Shown piece after piece: positions 47,016 through 56,187 of a stretch of DNA of 64,000 nt (position 1 is its first letter; each line of letters starts with the position of its first letter). Where the stretch lies: IMG/VR virus record IMGVR_UViG_3300024999_000035, positions 1-64,000 of that record, one strand, 5' to 3'. The translations under genes were made by a program, and so were the position numbers. The DNA is from a virus. Lineage: Duplodnaviria; Heunggongvirae; Uroviricota; Caudoviricetes. A model generated the notes under the pieces. That model worked only from the letters and a program-made list of their open reading frames with translations, was not told the origin of the DNA and searched no databases.

Positions 47016-47798
47016 TTAACCTAAATCTTCTATATCTAAATAATACTCCGTTTTTACTTCTTTTCTTTGAACAAGTTTAATAATATTGCCTAAATATTGA
47101 TCATTTATTGTAAAATATAAATCACCGTAATCTTCTTCAATAATAATTTCAAAATCATCTAACTCATAATCATTTGCTTGAATATTTAAAATAACAGATT
47201 CTTTTAAGTTCTCAAGAGTTATTCTCCTTTGTTCAATATCATAGTATTTTTCATCAATAATTTTACCTATAATATTTTTATATACTGTATTTTTAATATG
47301 TTTTATAACAGTAGAAATATTATTTAAACCAAATGGATGTTCATTTATGATAAAACATCTTCCTATTTTTTCATAAGCATCTGGTAAGATAAAAAGATTG
47401 GAGAGTTGTTGTAATAATAATTTTCTTTGAGTTAAAAATATTCTCATAGAGAATGTTCCAGAACCACCTCCATATTTGTACCCTGCATCACCTCCAAATG
47501 GTCTCATAGCACATAATCTATAATGAAAACTAACATCTTCCTCAAAATCATAGTGTTCTAAATCAGATTTAAATTCAAACAATTGTTCTCTTTCAATTGA
47601 TCTGAAATGATTATATATTTCACTAATAAAACTTATGTAATCCATATTTTTTATTTCTTCTGGAGCGTACAATTTATTATCTGGTAAATCTTTTAATTCA
47701 CTATTATAATCTAAAGATAATTCAAGTTCATATCCGTTATTTATAGATTCGTTAATAGTTTGGAGTATGTCACTTAATTCTACGTCTTTTTTATACAT
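47016..47798 (-). CDS. hypothetical protein
   Basis: 260-aa ORF. Confidence 0.45.
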   Translation of the reverse strand: MYKKDVELSDILQTINESINNGYELELSLDYNSELKDLPDNKLYAPEEIKNMDYISFISEIYNHFRSIEREQLFEFKSDLEHYDFEEDVSFHYRLCAMRPFGGDAGYKYGGGSGTFSMRIFLTQRKLLLQQLSNLFILPDAYEKIGRCFIINEHPFGLNNISTVIKHIKNTVYKNIIGKIIDEKYYDIEQRRITLENLKESVILNIQANDYELDDFEIIIEEDYGDLYFTINDQYLGNIIKLVQRKEVKTEYYLDIEDLG

Positions 47799-47818
47799 TT
47801 ATTTCTCTCCTTTTTAAC

Positions 47819-48058
47819 CTAATCCTCTAAATACTTTGTCACCTTACTCCTAAATTCTATAACCAACTTTTTCATATCTTCATTCATTTGCTTTTCCACT
47901 TTCCAAACATCTTCTTCTGGAGTTTCTTCTGTAACGCCATATATTTTCTTTAGTGCCTTTTGTAATAATTCTGTATCTTCGTCAGTTGAACCATACCCAT
48001 CAGCATACATATCACTTTCAAGTAATGCTCCATAAAGTAGAATTTCTGTTTTTGTCAT
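47819..48058 (-). CDS. hypothetical small acidic protein
   Basis: 79-aa ORF. Confidence 0.35.
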   Translation of the reverse strand: MTKTEILLYGALLESDMYADGYGSTDEDTELLQKALKKIYGVTEETPEEDVWKVEKQMNEDMKKLVIEFRSKVTKYLED

Positions 48059-48076
48059 TGTTTATACTTCCTTTCT

Positions 48077-48268
48077 TTATATGTTTTGATGCCATTCTCT
48101 CAAAGCATTTATAAATTCTTCTTCTTTCTCAGTTAAGTATATTTGGTCATCGAATAAACTAGAAATTAATTCTACTTTTAATTCGAAAGAAGCATTTAGA
48201 AAATTTTCAAATAATTTTTGTTTTTCTTCTTGTGATAATGTTGGTCTTAAATTCATTTTATAATTCAA
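48077..48268 (-). CDS. hypothetical small protein
   Basis: 63-aa ORF. Confidence 0.35.
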   Translation of the reverse strand: MNYKMNLRPTLSQEEKQKLFENFLNASFELKVELISSLFDDQIYLTEKEEEFINALREWHQNI

Positions 48269-48517
48269 CTCCTTTTCTAAGTACGATCACAAATTGATTT
48301 TGTTATTAATCTTTATGAACGCTTAATAAACCATTTTCACAATCATTGTATCTTGGGCAAGAATCTTCTGTACAAACTTCAGAAGCACATTTAACTTGAT
48401 TATCTTCTATCCATACCCTAACCACATAGAATTTAGATTCTGTACGTGTAAAACTCATTTTATTTCATTCCTTTCTATTTCTATAAGTTTGATATTATGA
48501 GGGATTTTATTTAATAA

Positions 48518-48596
48518 GGACTAACATTTACAAAAGTGAAACACTAAGCAAAAAGCCTTTTGTAGTTTTCGGTTGACCAAACCTAGTTAGTCCTTA
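48518..48596. repeat. 10-bp perfect inverted repeat AAGGACTAAC ... GTTAGTCCTT with nested ACAAAAG/CTTTTGT pairing, inside a 250-nt non-coding region
   Basis: Read directly. The surrounding 48461..48711 has no ORF and contains unusual G/C runs (ccccacgctc). Confidence 0.4.
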
Positions 48597-48711
48597 AAAT
48601 TAGCAAATATTAATTGAGCAAACACCCAGTTTTATTATTAATCACACTGTTTGGGATTCAGTTTTTAATGTGACTGGATCTGTTTTTCAACCCCACGCTC
48701 AATTATCATTA

Positions 48712-49164
48712 TTACTTATATCTATATAAAGCTACATCATAATCACTAAAAACTTCTTCAATTATTTTATAAACCACTTCCCAAGATCCTCCTGCCAAAC
48801 CGCACCCAATATTAAATGGAATAGCAACGGATTTATTATGATCTTTTGCACTTACTTTAAGTGAAAATAAAGCTTCTTCTAATGCTGTATAATCAGTATA
48901 TTGCTTATCTCTGCCATATTTATATTGACCAAATAAATTCGCTATATATTTATTTTCTTCTGCCTTTACTATTTGACATTTGCCTAATGCTTGAATTGAA
49001 AATTTAATATTGGTAAGATATGTTTGATAATCTTTGAAAACTTTAGGGTATTTATTTCTAATTTGTTTTGCTAATCCACTACCCATTACTCCCATACAGT
49101 TACAACTATGCCCTATTATATTTTCCTTAGCTTCTAATATGTTGCCATCAATAATTTTAATCAT
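48712..49164 (-). CDS. macro-domain protein (ADP-ribose binding / processing)
   Basis: IIDGNILEAKENIIGHSCNCMGVMGSGLAKQI, the classic macro N-terminal motif. Confidence 0.8.
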   Translation of the reverse strand: MIKIIDGNILEAKENIIGHSCNCMGVMGSGLAKQIRNKYPKVFKDYQTYLTNIKFSIQALGKCQIVKAEENKYIANLFGQYKYGRDKQYTDYTALEEALFSLKVSAKDHNKSVAIPFNIGCGLAGGSWEVVYKIIEEVFSDYDVALYRYK

Positions 49165-50131
49165 TTTGTACCTCCAACATTTCTTTGATTACTTTTTGAA
49201 TTGTAATTAGTCTTCTTTTATACTTTTTACTAATTTTTGTTCCAGATAAACAATTATTAAAGTCAATTAAAATATTATTTTTTTCTTCTATTGTAATTTC
49301 TCTTCTAATGTTAATTTGTTTATTATTTCTTTTCTTTATATTTAATAAGGTGCTTTTTGACAGTGTGGTAATATTGTGAACCTCTTCATATGTATTATTT
49401 TCTAACAATTTTAATATTTCTTCATCTGAAAACTTTACATTATATCTATTTCGCATTCTTTCAATGTTATTTCTTAATTCAACTCCATTTGCATTTAAAT
49501 AATCAGCGATTGAAGTTCTATTTGTATTAAACATTTCTGCAATTGAGACACAATCTTCTCCATTTTTATATAGGAGTGTGATTATATTAATTAATTCGTC
49601 AGTAAAAATTGTATTCTTTTCATAATGTACTTTCTTTGCCTCTTTAAAACTTCTAGAAATATTACTTAAACACACTATGTCTTTTATAGTTGCCTGTGGT
49701 ATTTTAAGTATTTTAGACACCTCGGGGATAGAGTATTTATTACTGTAAAGTGTTGCAATATTGTTAATTACACTTTGTTCATATTTTGAATAACCTCCAT
49801 TCCCACCTAATGTCTTATTATATCCATTATTAAAAGTATCTAATTTTTCTATCCAATAAGTTTCTTTTTCTGATAGTTCTTCACGATTGTAAGTTTGAAT
49901 AGTTTCAAATATAAAGTCATTTTCTTTAAATACATTCCAATCTTGTTGAAGTTCTTTATTGTAATGTTTATTATTTTTTAAAAAATATTTATGTGTTCTA
50001 AATCTTTTTAAAATATTGGTACTTTTACCAACATATATTTTTTGTTTCTTGAGATTTTCAATTTTATATATGCCACATTTAAGTATGTCTTCTGTAGTAT
50101 TTAAAATATCTCCATCAATAATATTGATCAT
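49157..50131 (-). CDS. GIY-YIG homing endonuclease
   Basis: CGIYKIENLKKQKIYVGKS ... ETYWIEKL ... GYNKTLGGNG. C-terminal HTH-like repeats. Overlaps the ligase stop (ATGA). Confidence 0.8.
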   Translation of the reverse strand: MINIIDGDILNTTEDILKCGIYKIENLKKQKIYVGKSTNILKRFRTHKYFLKNNKHYNKELQQDWNVFKENDFIFETIQTYNREELSEKETYWIEKLDTFNNGYNKTLGGNGGYSKYEQSVINNIATLYSNKYSIPEVSKILKIPQATIKDIVCLSNISRSFKEAKKVHYEKNTIFTDELINIITLLYKNGEDCVSIAEMFNTNRTSIADYLNANGVELRNNIERMRNRYNVKFSDEEILKLLENNTYEEVHNITTLSKSTLLNIKKRNNKQINIRREITIEEKNNILIDFNNCLSGTKISKKYKRRLITIQKVIKEMLEVQND

Positions 50132-52093
50132 TTATTTTCCTCCAATCATTGCTAAAAATTCATCTTCTTGCAATACTTTAATTCCTGCATCTAATGCTTT
50201 CTGAGTTTTGGAAGAACCTTTAAGTTTTCCTACTACTAAGAAATCCAATGATTTGTTAAAACCATTTGCAAATTCTCCACCTAAACTTTCAACAATGCTT
50301 TTAAGTTCTTCCTTCTTATGCGATTCAAACGTTCCGGTGCAGTAAAGTTTAAGACCATTCAGTACACTATCCACATTCAACACTTCTTTCTTTTCTTCTT
50401 TTTTAATACTCACAAATTCCAATAACTCTAAAAACATTTTCATATTCTCTTCATCTTGGAAATAATCACAAATTGAATTGGCAGTAATATCTCCAAAATC
50501 ATCAATATTAACAAAATTTCGATAAGATTTTGTTGCTTCTAAAAATGTACTAATATCATTATCAAAATGTTTTGTAAGTCTCTTCGATGAACCAAATCCG
50601 ACATTTTTAATTCCAAGAGATGAAATTAGCGATGTCATACTAATTTGTTTTGCATTTTCTAAAGCAACCATTAATTTATTGAAGGACTTACTTCCAAACC
50701 CATTCATCTTCACAATTTCTTTCTTGTATCTTTCTAACTTGAAAATGTCCATGTAATTCTCAATAAATCCATTATCAATAAATGCTTCTAAAGTTGCTTC
50801 TCCTAAATCAGAAATATTGAAACATTGCTTGCTCACAAAATATTTTAGTTTCTGAGTTAATTTTGCTTCACAACTAGGATTAATACAATACAAATTATTA
50901 GTTTTTGCTTCTAATCTTATTTCTACTTCACCTTTACATGTTGGACATTCTGTAGGTAATTGTTCTGTATTGCTTCTGGTGATATTATTTTCAATAGCAG
51001 GGATAATTTTATTGCGTTTCGAGATTTCAATGATATCATCTTTGCCTAATTTTAAATTTCTAAATATATCTAAATTATGAGTTGTCGCTCTTGCCACTTC
51101 AGAACCTTCGATATTTACAGGTTGAAAGATACCAGTTCCAATAATTCTTCCAAGTCTACTTGTATTCCATTCGGTATATAGATATTTCGTCTTAAACCAT
51201 GAATCCTCAAACTTAAAAGAAATTGAGTGATTAGGGTGGTGAGCAACTTCTCCTAAAGATAATCCATATTCAATATTATTAAATGACAAAACAAGGCCGT
51301 CAATCGGATAATCAAAAGTAGGAATATCTTCAATTATTTGAGCAATTATTTCTTCAAGATTATCTTTTGTAACCATCCAATATTGAACAATGTCAAATCC
51401 TTGAGATTTTAGCCATTCCAATTGCTCTTGCTTTGTTTTGAATTTATTTCCTTTAATGATATTAAATGCACAAAATTCTATATTGCGTTCTTTACATGCC
51501 TTACTGTCTAGCAAACCCACAGACCCGTTAGCTAAATTTCGCGGATTTGCATATTTATCATCTGGATTCTCAATTCTTGAATTAATTTCATTGAATGAAG
51601 AATATCTCATGAAGTTTTCACCAACAATTTGCAACTCATCAAGATCATTAATTAATAAAGGGATATTTTTTATACTTCCAATATTATGAGATATATCTTC
51701 TCCAATATTTGTTTCTGAATCGCCTCTTGTTGCTAATTGTTTACATGTTTGTTTGTATGTAGCCTTACCTGTGCCACCATCAATTTTAAGCATTAATATT
51801 CCTTCTTCGTTGCCTAACCACTTGACTAATTTTGGAACTTCTTTTATCTTTCCTAATGACAATAAGGGAATTTCATGTTTTACTTTTGGTAAATCTGATA
51901 CGATTTTATATCCGGCTCTTTGCGTTGGTGAGTCGCTTAGGATTACTCCTAATTGCTGTTCTAAAGACTCTAATTCTTCAAAGAGTAGATTATACTCACG
52001 ATTCTCCATGGTAGGTTTATTTAGGTTATGAAAGGCGTTACATGCGATATTTAGTTGGTTGGTTAACTCTTGTAGGCGATCTATGTTTCCCAT
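50132..52093 (-). CDS. ligA: NAD-dependent DNA ligase (LigA-like)
   Basis: Adenylation motif LMLKIDGGTG (KxDG), zinc finger CPTCKGE...C, and C-terminal BRCT-like LYCTGTFESHKKEELKSIVESLGGEFANG. 653 aa. Confidence 0.85.
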   Translation of the reverse strand: MGNIDRLQELTNQLNIACNAFHNLNKPTMENREYNLLFEELESLEQQLGVILSDSPTQRAGYKIVSDLPKVKHEIPLLSLGKIKEVPKLVKWLGNEEGILMLKIDGGTGKATYKQTCKQLATRGDSETNIGEDISHNIGSIKNIPLLINDLDELQIVGENFMRYSSFNEINSRIENPDDKYANPRNLANGSVGLLDSKACKERNIEFCAFNIIKGNKFKTKQEQLEWLKSQGFDIVQYWMVTKDNLEEIIAQIIEDIPTFDYPIDGLVLSFNNIEYGLSLGEVAHHPNHSISFKFEDSWFKTKYLYTEWNTSRLGRIIGTGIFQPVNIEGSEVARATTHNLDIFRNLKLGKDDIIEISKRNKIIPAIENNITRSNTEQLPTECPTCKGEVEIRLEAKTNNLYCINPSCEAKLTQKLKYFVSKQCFNISDLGEATLEAFIDNGFIENYMDIFKLERYKKEIVKMNGFGSKSFNKLMVALENAKQISMTSLISSLGIKNVGFGSSKRLTKHFDNDISTFLEATKSYRNFVNIDDFGDITANSICDYFQDEENMKMFLELLEFVSIKKEEKKEVLNVDSVLNGLKLYCTGTFESHKKEELKSIVESLGGEFANGFNKSLDFLVVGKLKGSSKTQKALDAGIKVLQEDEFLAMIGGK

Positions 52094-52146
52094 TTCTTAT
52101 TCCTTCTTTCTTAAATTCATATGGATTCATTTGCATCTCTATTAAC

Positions 52147-52176
52147 ATTATACACTAAATGATTCCATATTGTCAA
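52147..52176 (-). promoter_or_regulatory. sigma70-type promoter (-35 TTGACA, 18 nt, -10 TATAAT) upstream of the ligase
   Basis: Minus-strand read aaataaatatTTGACAatatggaatcatttagtgTATAAT. Confidence 0.6.
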
Positions 52177-52192
52177 ATATTTATTTTATAAT

Positions 52193-52648
52193 TTATACAG
52201 TATAACTAAAACCTATTTCTTTTACAACTCTCTTACTCAAACATTTTCTACCATCCCGATACCCCACCACAAATCCCAACTTCTTTAAACCGTATTCATA
52301 AACATCCCTACGCCTATTGTCTGTCCAATATACACTGATATAATCTCCATCTTTACAATAATCAGATTTCTCAAATTCAATTATCTGATTCTTACCCCAT
52401 AATAAACCTTCCAATCCACATTTACCAGTTTCATGATCAGTTAATATATCTTTTTCTCCTAATATCAATTGTCTAAGATGCTTTTTCTTATTAGCAATTG
52501 CTAATAATATTACATAATCATTAGATTTACTGAATTCATTTTTCCAGAAATATATTCCTATGGTTTGATTATTTTTAAGTTTGTGAGTTTTATAAAGACC
52601 ATAAATATGTTTGTCTCCATCGAATTTTATTCTTTCAAAGTCATTCAT
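52193..52648 (-). CDS. hypothetical protein
   Basis: 151-aa ORF. Confidence 0.45.
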   Translation of the reverse strand: MNDFERIKFDGDKHIYGLYKTHKLKNNQTIGIYFWKNEFSKSNDYVILLAIANKKKHLRQLILGEKDILTDHETGKCGLEGLLWGKNQIIEFEKSDYCKDGDYISVYWTDNRRRDVYEYGLKKLGFVVGYRDGRKCLSKRVVKEIGFSYTV

Positions 52649-52661
52649 ATAATCTCCTTTC

Positions 52662-52961
52662 TTATGGCAATTCCAATTCTACTAAATACCCATCACTATT
52701 TTTATACTTACTGTACACTAATTGCAAATCATCGTTGGCGTTCACAATATTATACAATTTCCAACTATCTAATTCTACTTCTAAATTTTCATATTTTACA
52801 GTTACATAATAATGAGTAGATTTAGTTCCTGTATTCCACCTGCTGTCTTTGCTTACAACTTGAGTCATTACCATCTTTTGCTCGATTACATCACCTTTAT
52901 AAGATCCGCATCCAGTCAGTAGAAAAACTGTAATTAATGAAGCACATATTAATTTTTTCAA
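52662..52961 (-). CDS. lipoprotein (lipobox LTGC)
   Basis: MKKLICASLITVFLLTGCGS. Confidence 0.55.
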   Translation of the reverse strand: MKKLICASLITVFLLTGCGSYKGDVIEQKMVMTQVVSKDSRWNTGTKSTHYYVTVKYENLEVELDSWKLYNIVNANDDLQLVYSKYKNSDGYLVELELP

Positions 52962-53069
52962 TTATTTTCCCCTTTCATCCTTCGAAATCACAATTTTATC
53001 CTATATTTGGCTTTGAAAAACGTAGTATATGGAAGTATACTGGAGCATGAGGTAGGTGTATTTTATGTA

Positions 53070-54008
53070 TTAATTTGCTTCTTGTAATTTTATGTATTCA
53101 TCGTAATACATCCATTTGAGAGATTCACCTGTTTCTGGATGTTTTCCTGCTGATTTTGCTTTGCCTTTTAAGTTAGCACATATATTTGTAGATGCAACTC
53201 CACACCAGTTACTTGCTAAAAATACGCTATTAAAAATTATATTAGTTGTAAGACAAATAATTTTTTTAGAATTTGTAATTTTTATATCTTTTTCAATTTC
53301 AAAGTTATTACTCTTATAGTCTTCAAAATACATCCATATCATTGGTTTTTTATTTACAGGATTTTTACCAGCATATTGATTTTTATTTCTACAACATCTT
53401 ATAATAGATGAAAGATCAATATTATATTTTGTACTTGCTAGTAAAGCATAATCAAAAATTTCACCTGTTGTAAGACAAATTATTTTTCTGCATGCATGAT
53501 TCTTTAAACCTTTAAATAAATATCCCTTTTTATATATAGGATTATTTTTTCCTAATAAAAGATATCCTTTGCCCCATTTAGGGTTTTTATCTCCATTATG
53601 TTTTCCTTTATTAGAATTACTAATTTTTGTCTTAATTTTAATCATTTCTTCCTTTGTTTTTCCAGCAAAGTTATTGCCACTGTCACCTCCTGAAGCAATA
53701 TTATAGTATTCTTCATTTTCTACAGCAATATTGTTTTTAATAAATTTAACTTCAAGTTTATTTAATTCTTCTTCGTCAAAAGCCATTGCAATAATTTCTC
53801 TTTTGAAATTTTCTCTGCCATATTTTTTAATTGCTCTTTTAAATAAAGTTCCACTCCCTAAATAGTATTTCCAATCTTTGCGAAACATTTTTTGACCGAT
53901 ATATTTTTTACCATTAATTAAACAAATTGTGATATACACAAACCCATAAGCTAATTTATCTAAACCATTCTCTAATATATATTCAACACTAAAAACATTC
54001 TCTTTCAT
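53070..54008 (-). CDS. GIY-YIG homing endonuclease with NUMOD3-like motifs and C-terminal repeated DNA-binding module
   Basis: YGFVYITICLINGKKYIGQ. NGDKNPKWGKG and GKNNPIYKKG (NUMOD3-like). Two C-terminal repeats IICLTTG...AGK...WMY(Y/F)(D/E)(E/D)Y. Confidence 0.85.
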   Translation of the reverse strand: MKENVFSVEYILENGLDKLAYGFVYITICLINGKKYIGQKMFRKDWKYYLGSGTLFKRAIKKYGRENFKREIIAMAFDEEELNKLEVKFIKNNIAVENEEYYNIASGGDSGNNFAGKTKEEMIKIKTKISNSNKGKHNGDKNPKWGKGYLLLGKNNPIYKKGYLFKGLKNHACRKIICLTTGEIFDYALLASTKYNIDLSSIIRCCRNKNQYAGKNPVNKKPMIWMYFEDYKSNNFEIEKDIKITNSKKIICLTTNIIFNSVFLASNWCGVASTNICANLKGKAKSAGKHPETGESLKWMYYDEYIKLQEAN

Positions 54009-54118
54009 TAACTATTCTCCCTCTTGATCAGAGAGGTAGCTACCTTTTTATACTTGCAAGTTCTCCAACTATTATTTATCAATCACACATTCCGATAAAA
54101 CTTCTCTTTGAAATGAAC

Positions 54119-54316
54119 TCAATATTTCTCGCATTCCATATCTTCATCAGAAATACATTTCACTTCAACTTCATAACCCAATATTTCTAACAACTTAATC
54201 CATGCCCCATTAGGAATTGAATGCCCTTCATGTTTAAAATCTTCTCCTAAATTCATTCTCAATACTTCCCAATCTCCAGATTCGGGGAATATTAATTCAA
54301 TTAGTGGTTTGCTCAT
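54119..54316 (-). CDS. hypothetical small protein
   Basis: 65-aa ORF. Confidence 0.35.
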   Translation of the reverse strand: MSKPLIELIFPESGDWEVLRMNLGEDFKHEGHSIPNGAWIKLLEILGYEVEVKCISDEDMECEKY

Positions 54317-54355
54317 TCTTTAACTTCCTTTCAAATTCTGATTTGCTAGGATACC

Positions 54356-54613
54356 TTAACATCCTCTACTATTATTATATTCCATCCAACATTCTGACCA
54401 GTATTCTTCTATTTGGTCAAAACAACATTCACAACAAGTACAATAATTAGATTCTTCATTTTCATACATTGTATTCATATGTCTTCTTTGTGGATAAAGA
54501 AAATACCTTTTACAATAATCACAATATCCAAATATTTTTCTAAATGGTCTTCGAATATCTAAGTATATTAAATATATCACACTACCTATATAATCTCTTT
54601 TTCTCATTCGCAT
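54356..54613 (-). CDS. small Cys-rich protein
   Basis: 85 aa containing CDYC ... CTCCECC. Confidence 0.4.
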   Translation of the reverse strand: MRMRKRDYIGSVIYLIYLDIRRPFRKIFGYCDYCKRYFLYPQRRHMNTMYENEESNYCTCCECCFDQIEEYWSECWMEYNNSRGC

Positions 54614-54650
54614 ATTGATTTAATTCCTTTAAATTAATTTTTCATTTCGG

Positions 54651-54845
54651 TTATTTACTAATCCTTAAATTGTACATAATATCAATGCTATTTTTAATTG
54701 TTATACCATATTTTTCTGCGTATTGTTTAATCTTATCTTCATTCTTTTCCATAAACTCAAAAACTTCAGGTTCATCCTCAAACCAATATAAATTATCGTA
54801 CCAATCGTTAGGATCTAATTCGATTCCTCTTTTACCTGCTCTCAT
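54651..54845 (-). CDS. hypothetical small protein
   Basis: 64-aa ORF. Confidence 0.35.
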   Translation of the reverse strand: MRAGKRGIELDPNDWYDNLYWFEDEPEVFEFMEKNEDKIKQYAEKYGITIKNSIDIMYNLRISK

Positions 54846-55067
54846 TTATTTTACTCCTTCTTTATTCTTAGCATGAAAAACAATTACTTTATCCATAATG
54901 CAATTATATTCTCTCAATTTACTCTCTAATTCTAAAATCTTATTAGGCAAAGGACATTCTGGATTTTCTCCAAAGATAAATGTTTCAAGTTCATGACAAA
55001 ATCCAGTATTTCCTGACATATATGGCATTCTACAATTTTCTCTAATGCGTTTCATTATTTGTTTCAC
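54846..55067 (-). CDS. hypothetical small Cys-containing protein
   Basis: 73-aa ORF. Confidence 0.35.
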   Translation of the reverse strand: MKQIMKRIRENCRMPYMSGNTGFCHELETFIFGENPECPLPNKILELESKLREYNCIMDKVIVFHAKNKEGVK

Positions 55068-55076
55068 TCCTTTATG

Positions 55077-55178
55077 TATAATTATTGATTGTTTGGATAT
55101 ACTACTATTTAACCAAATTTCATTACTTCGTCTTACGCACTTACCTCACTTGCTCTCCCTTGTGAGGTCTTTTTTGTT
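55077..55178 (+). ncRNA. candidate plus-strand small RNA: TATAAT box at 55077..55082 and canonical intrinsic terminator at 55144..55178
   Basis: Plus strand CCTCAC-ttgctctccctt-GTGAGG followed by TCTTTTTTGTT. This is the only clear plus-strand intrinsic terminator seen, in an all-minus-strand region, and there is no plus-strand ORF. Confidence 0.35.
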
Positions 55179-55504
55179 AACTTTCTGCACTAATTCTTCA
55201 TCACACCATTTACAATAAAAGGTATTGTATTTGCCATTCATTTGTAATAATTTAAAATTATGAATATTAAAGTAACATAATAATCTTAATGGATTAAACA
55301 TAAAATTTCTCCTTTTTAAACAATTTAAATTAATTTAAACAACAATACAATTGGTATTGCAAATAATGCTAATATCCCTCCTAAAATTATCGTATATATC
55401 AATCCAACTATAACCCATCCAAATAGTTTAATAAGTATTGATAATGCTTTAAACAACTTACTTTGTATGCTTAGTTTAAATAATTCCCATCTAATTTTCA
55501 TATT

Positions 55505-55768
55505 TTATTCTCCTGCCAATTTAAGTATATTTTCAATTGCTTTCTTGGTTGCAATCAATTTACCCTTATGATTGTCTAATATTTTATTTACTTCATTAGG
55601 AGTTTCAATTGAAAATGCACCATTGGAATTAAACCAAAATGCGTATCCACTTTCTAATAATATTAATGTCTTTTTATCATGTTGTAAAATTCCTTTAATG
55701 GTTTCATCTTTTAAATATTCTAATTCCTCTATTTTATTAGAACAATAACTTGTTTTATCTTTTAACAT
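55505..55768 (-). CDS. hypothetical protein
   Basis: 87-aa ORF. Confidence 0.4.
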   Translation of the reverse strand: MLKDKTSYCSNKIEELEYLKDETIKGILQHDKKTLILLESGYAFWFNSNGAFSIETPNEVNKILDNHKGKLIATKKAIENILKLAGE

Positions 55769-55769
55769 T

Positions 55770-56141
55770 TTAATCTTCCTTTCTTTTATATTGTTCGCAT
55801 TCTAAAGTAGGATTACATTCGTCTGCATGTCTGCCATATCCATTACCATTTTTACGACAACAATCAAATTTAGTTGTTTCATCCCATGCTGTGCTATGAT
55901 ATTGACAATTTATCATAATGTTTTTTATCTTAAAGAACATATCAGTTTCAAATTGAGTTTTACTTTTACAAGAATTAAACATGTTATCTTCAATTCTTTT
56001 ACATATTTGGCATAATATTTGTTTCTCGTTACATCTTCCATAGCAATCCATATGAATCATTTTATACACATCTCCCTCTTCTTTTATTACCCGTACACCC
56101 ATTTGGATTATTTTTAATCCAGCAATACGCAATAAATACAT
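55770..56141 (-). CDS. Cys-rich protein
   Basis: 123 aa with more than 12 Cys. Confidence 0.4.
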   Translation of the reverse strand: MYLLRIAGLKIIQMGVRVIKEEGDVYKMIHMDCYGRCNEKQILCQICKRIEDNMFNSCKSKTQFETDMFFKIKNIMINCQYHSTAWDETTKFDCCRKNGNGYGRHADECNPTLECEQYKRKED

Positions 56142-56187
56142 TTACAGATATAATAATTAATATAGCAAACATAATTTTCACCCTCCT

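Noticed and set aside
48613-48708. tRNA gene in the 250-nt non-coding region (terminal pairing AATTGAGC / GCTCAATT)
   Set aside because: No acceptable D-arm, anticodon-arm or T-arm could be folded on either strand, and there is no GTTC-type T-loop or conserved D-loop residues. Left as an unclassified structured region.
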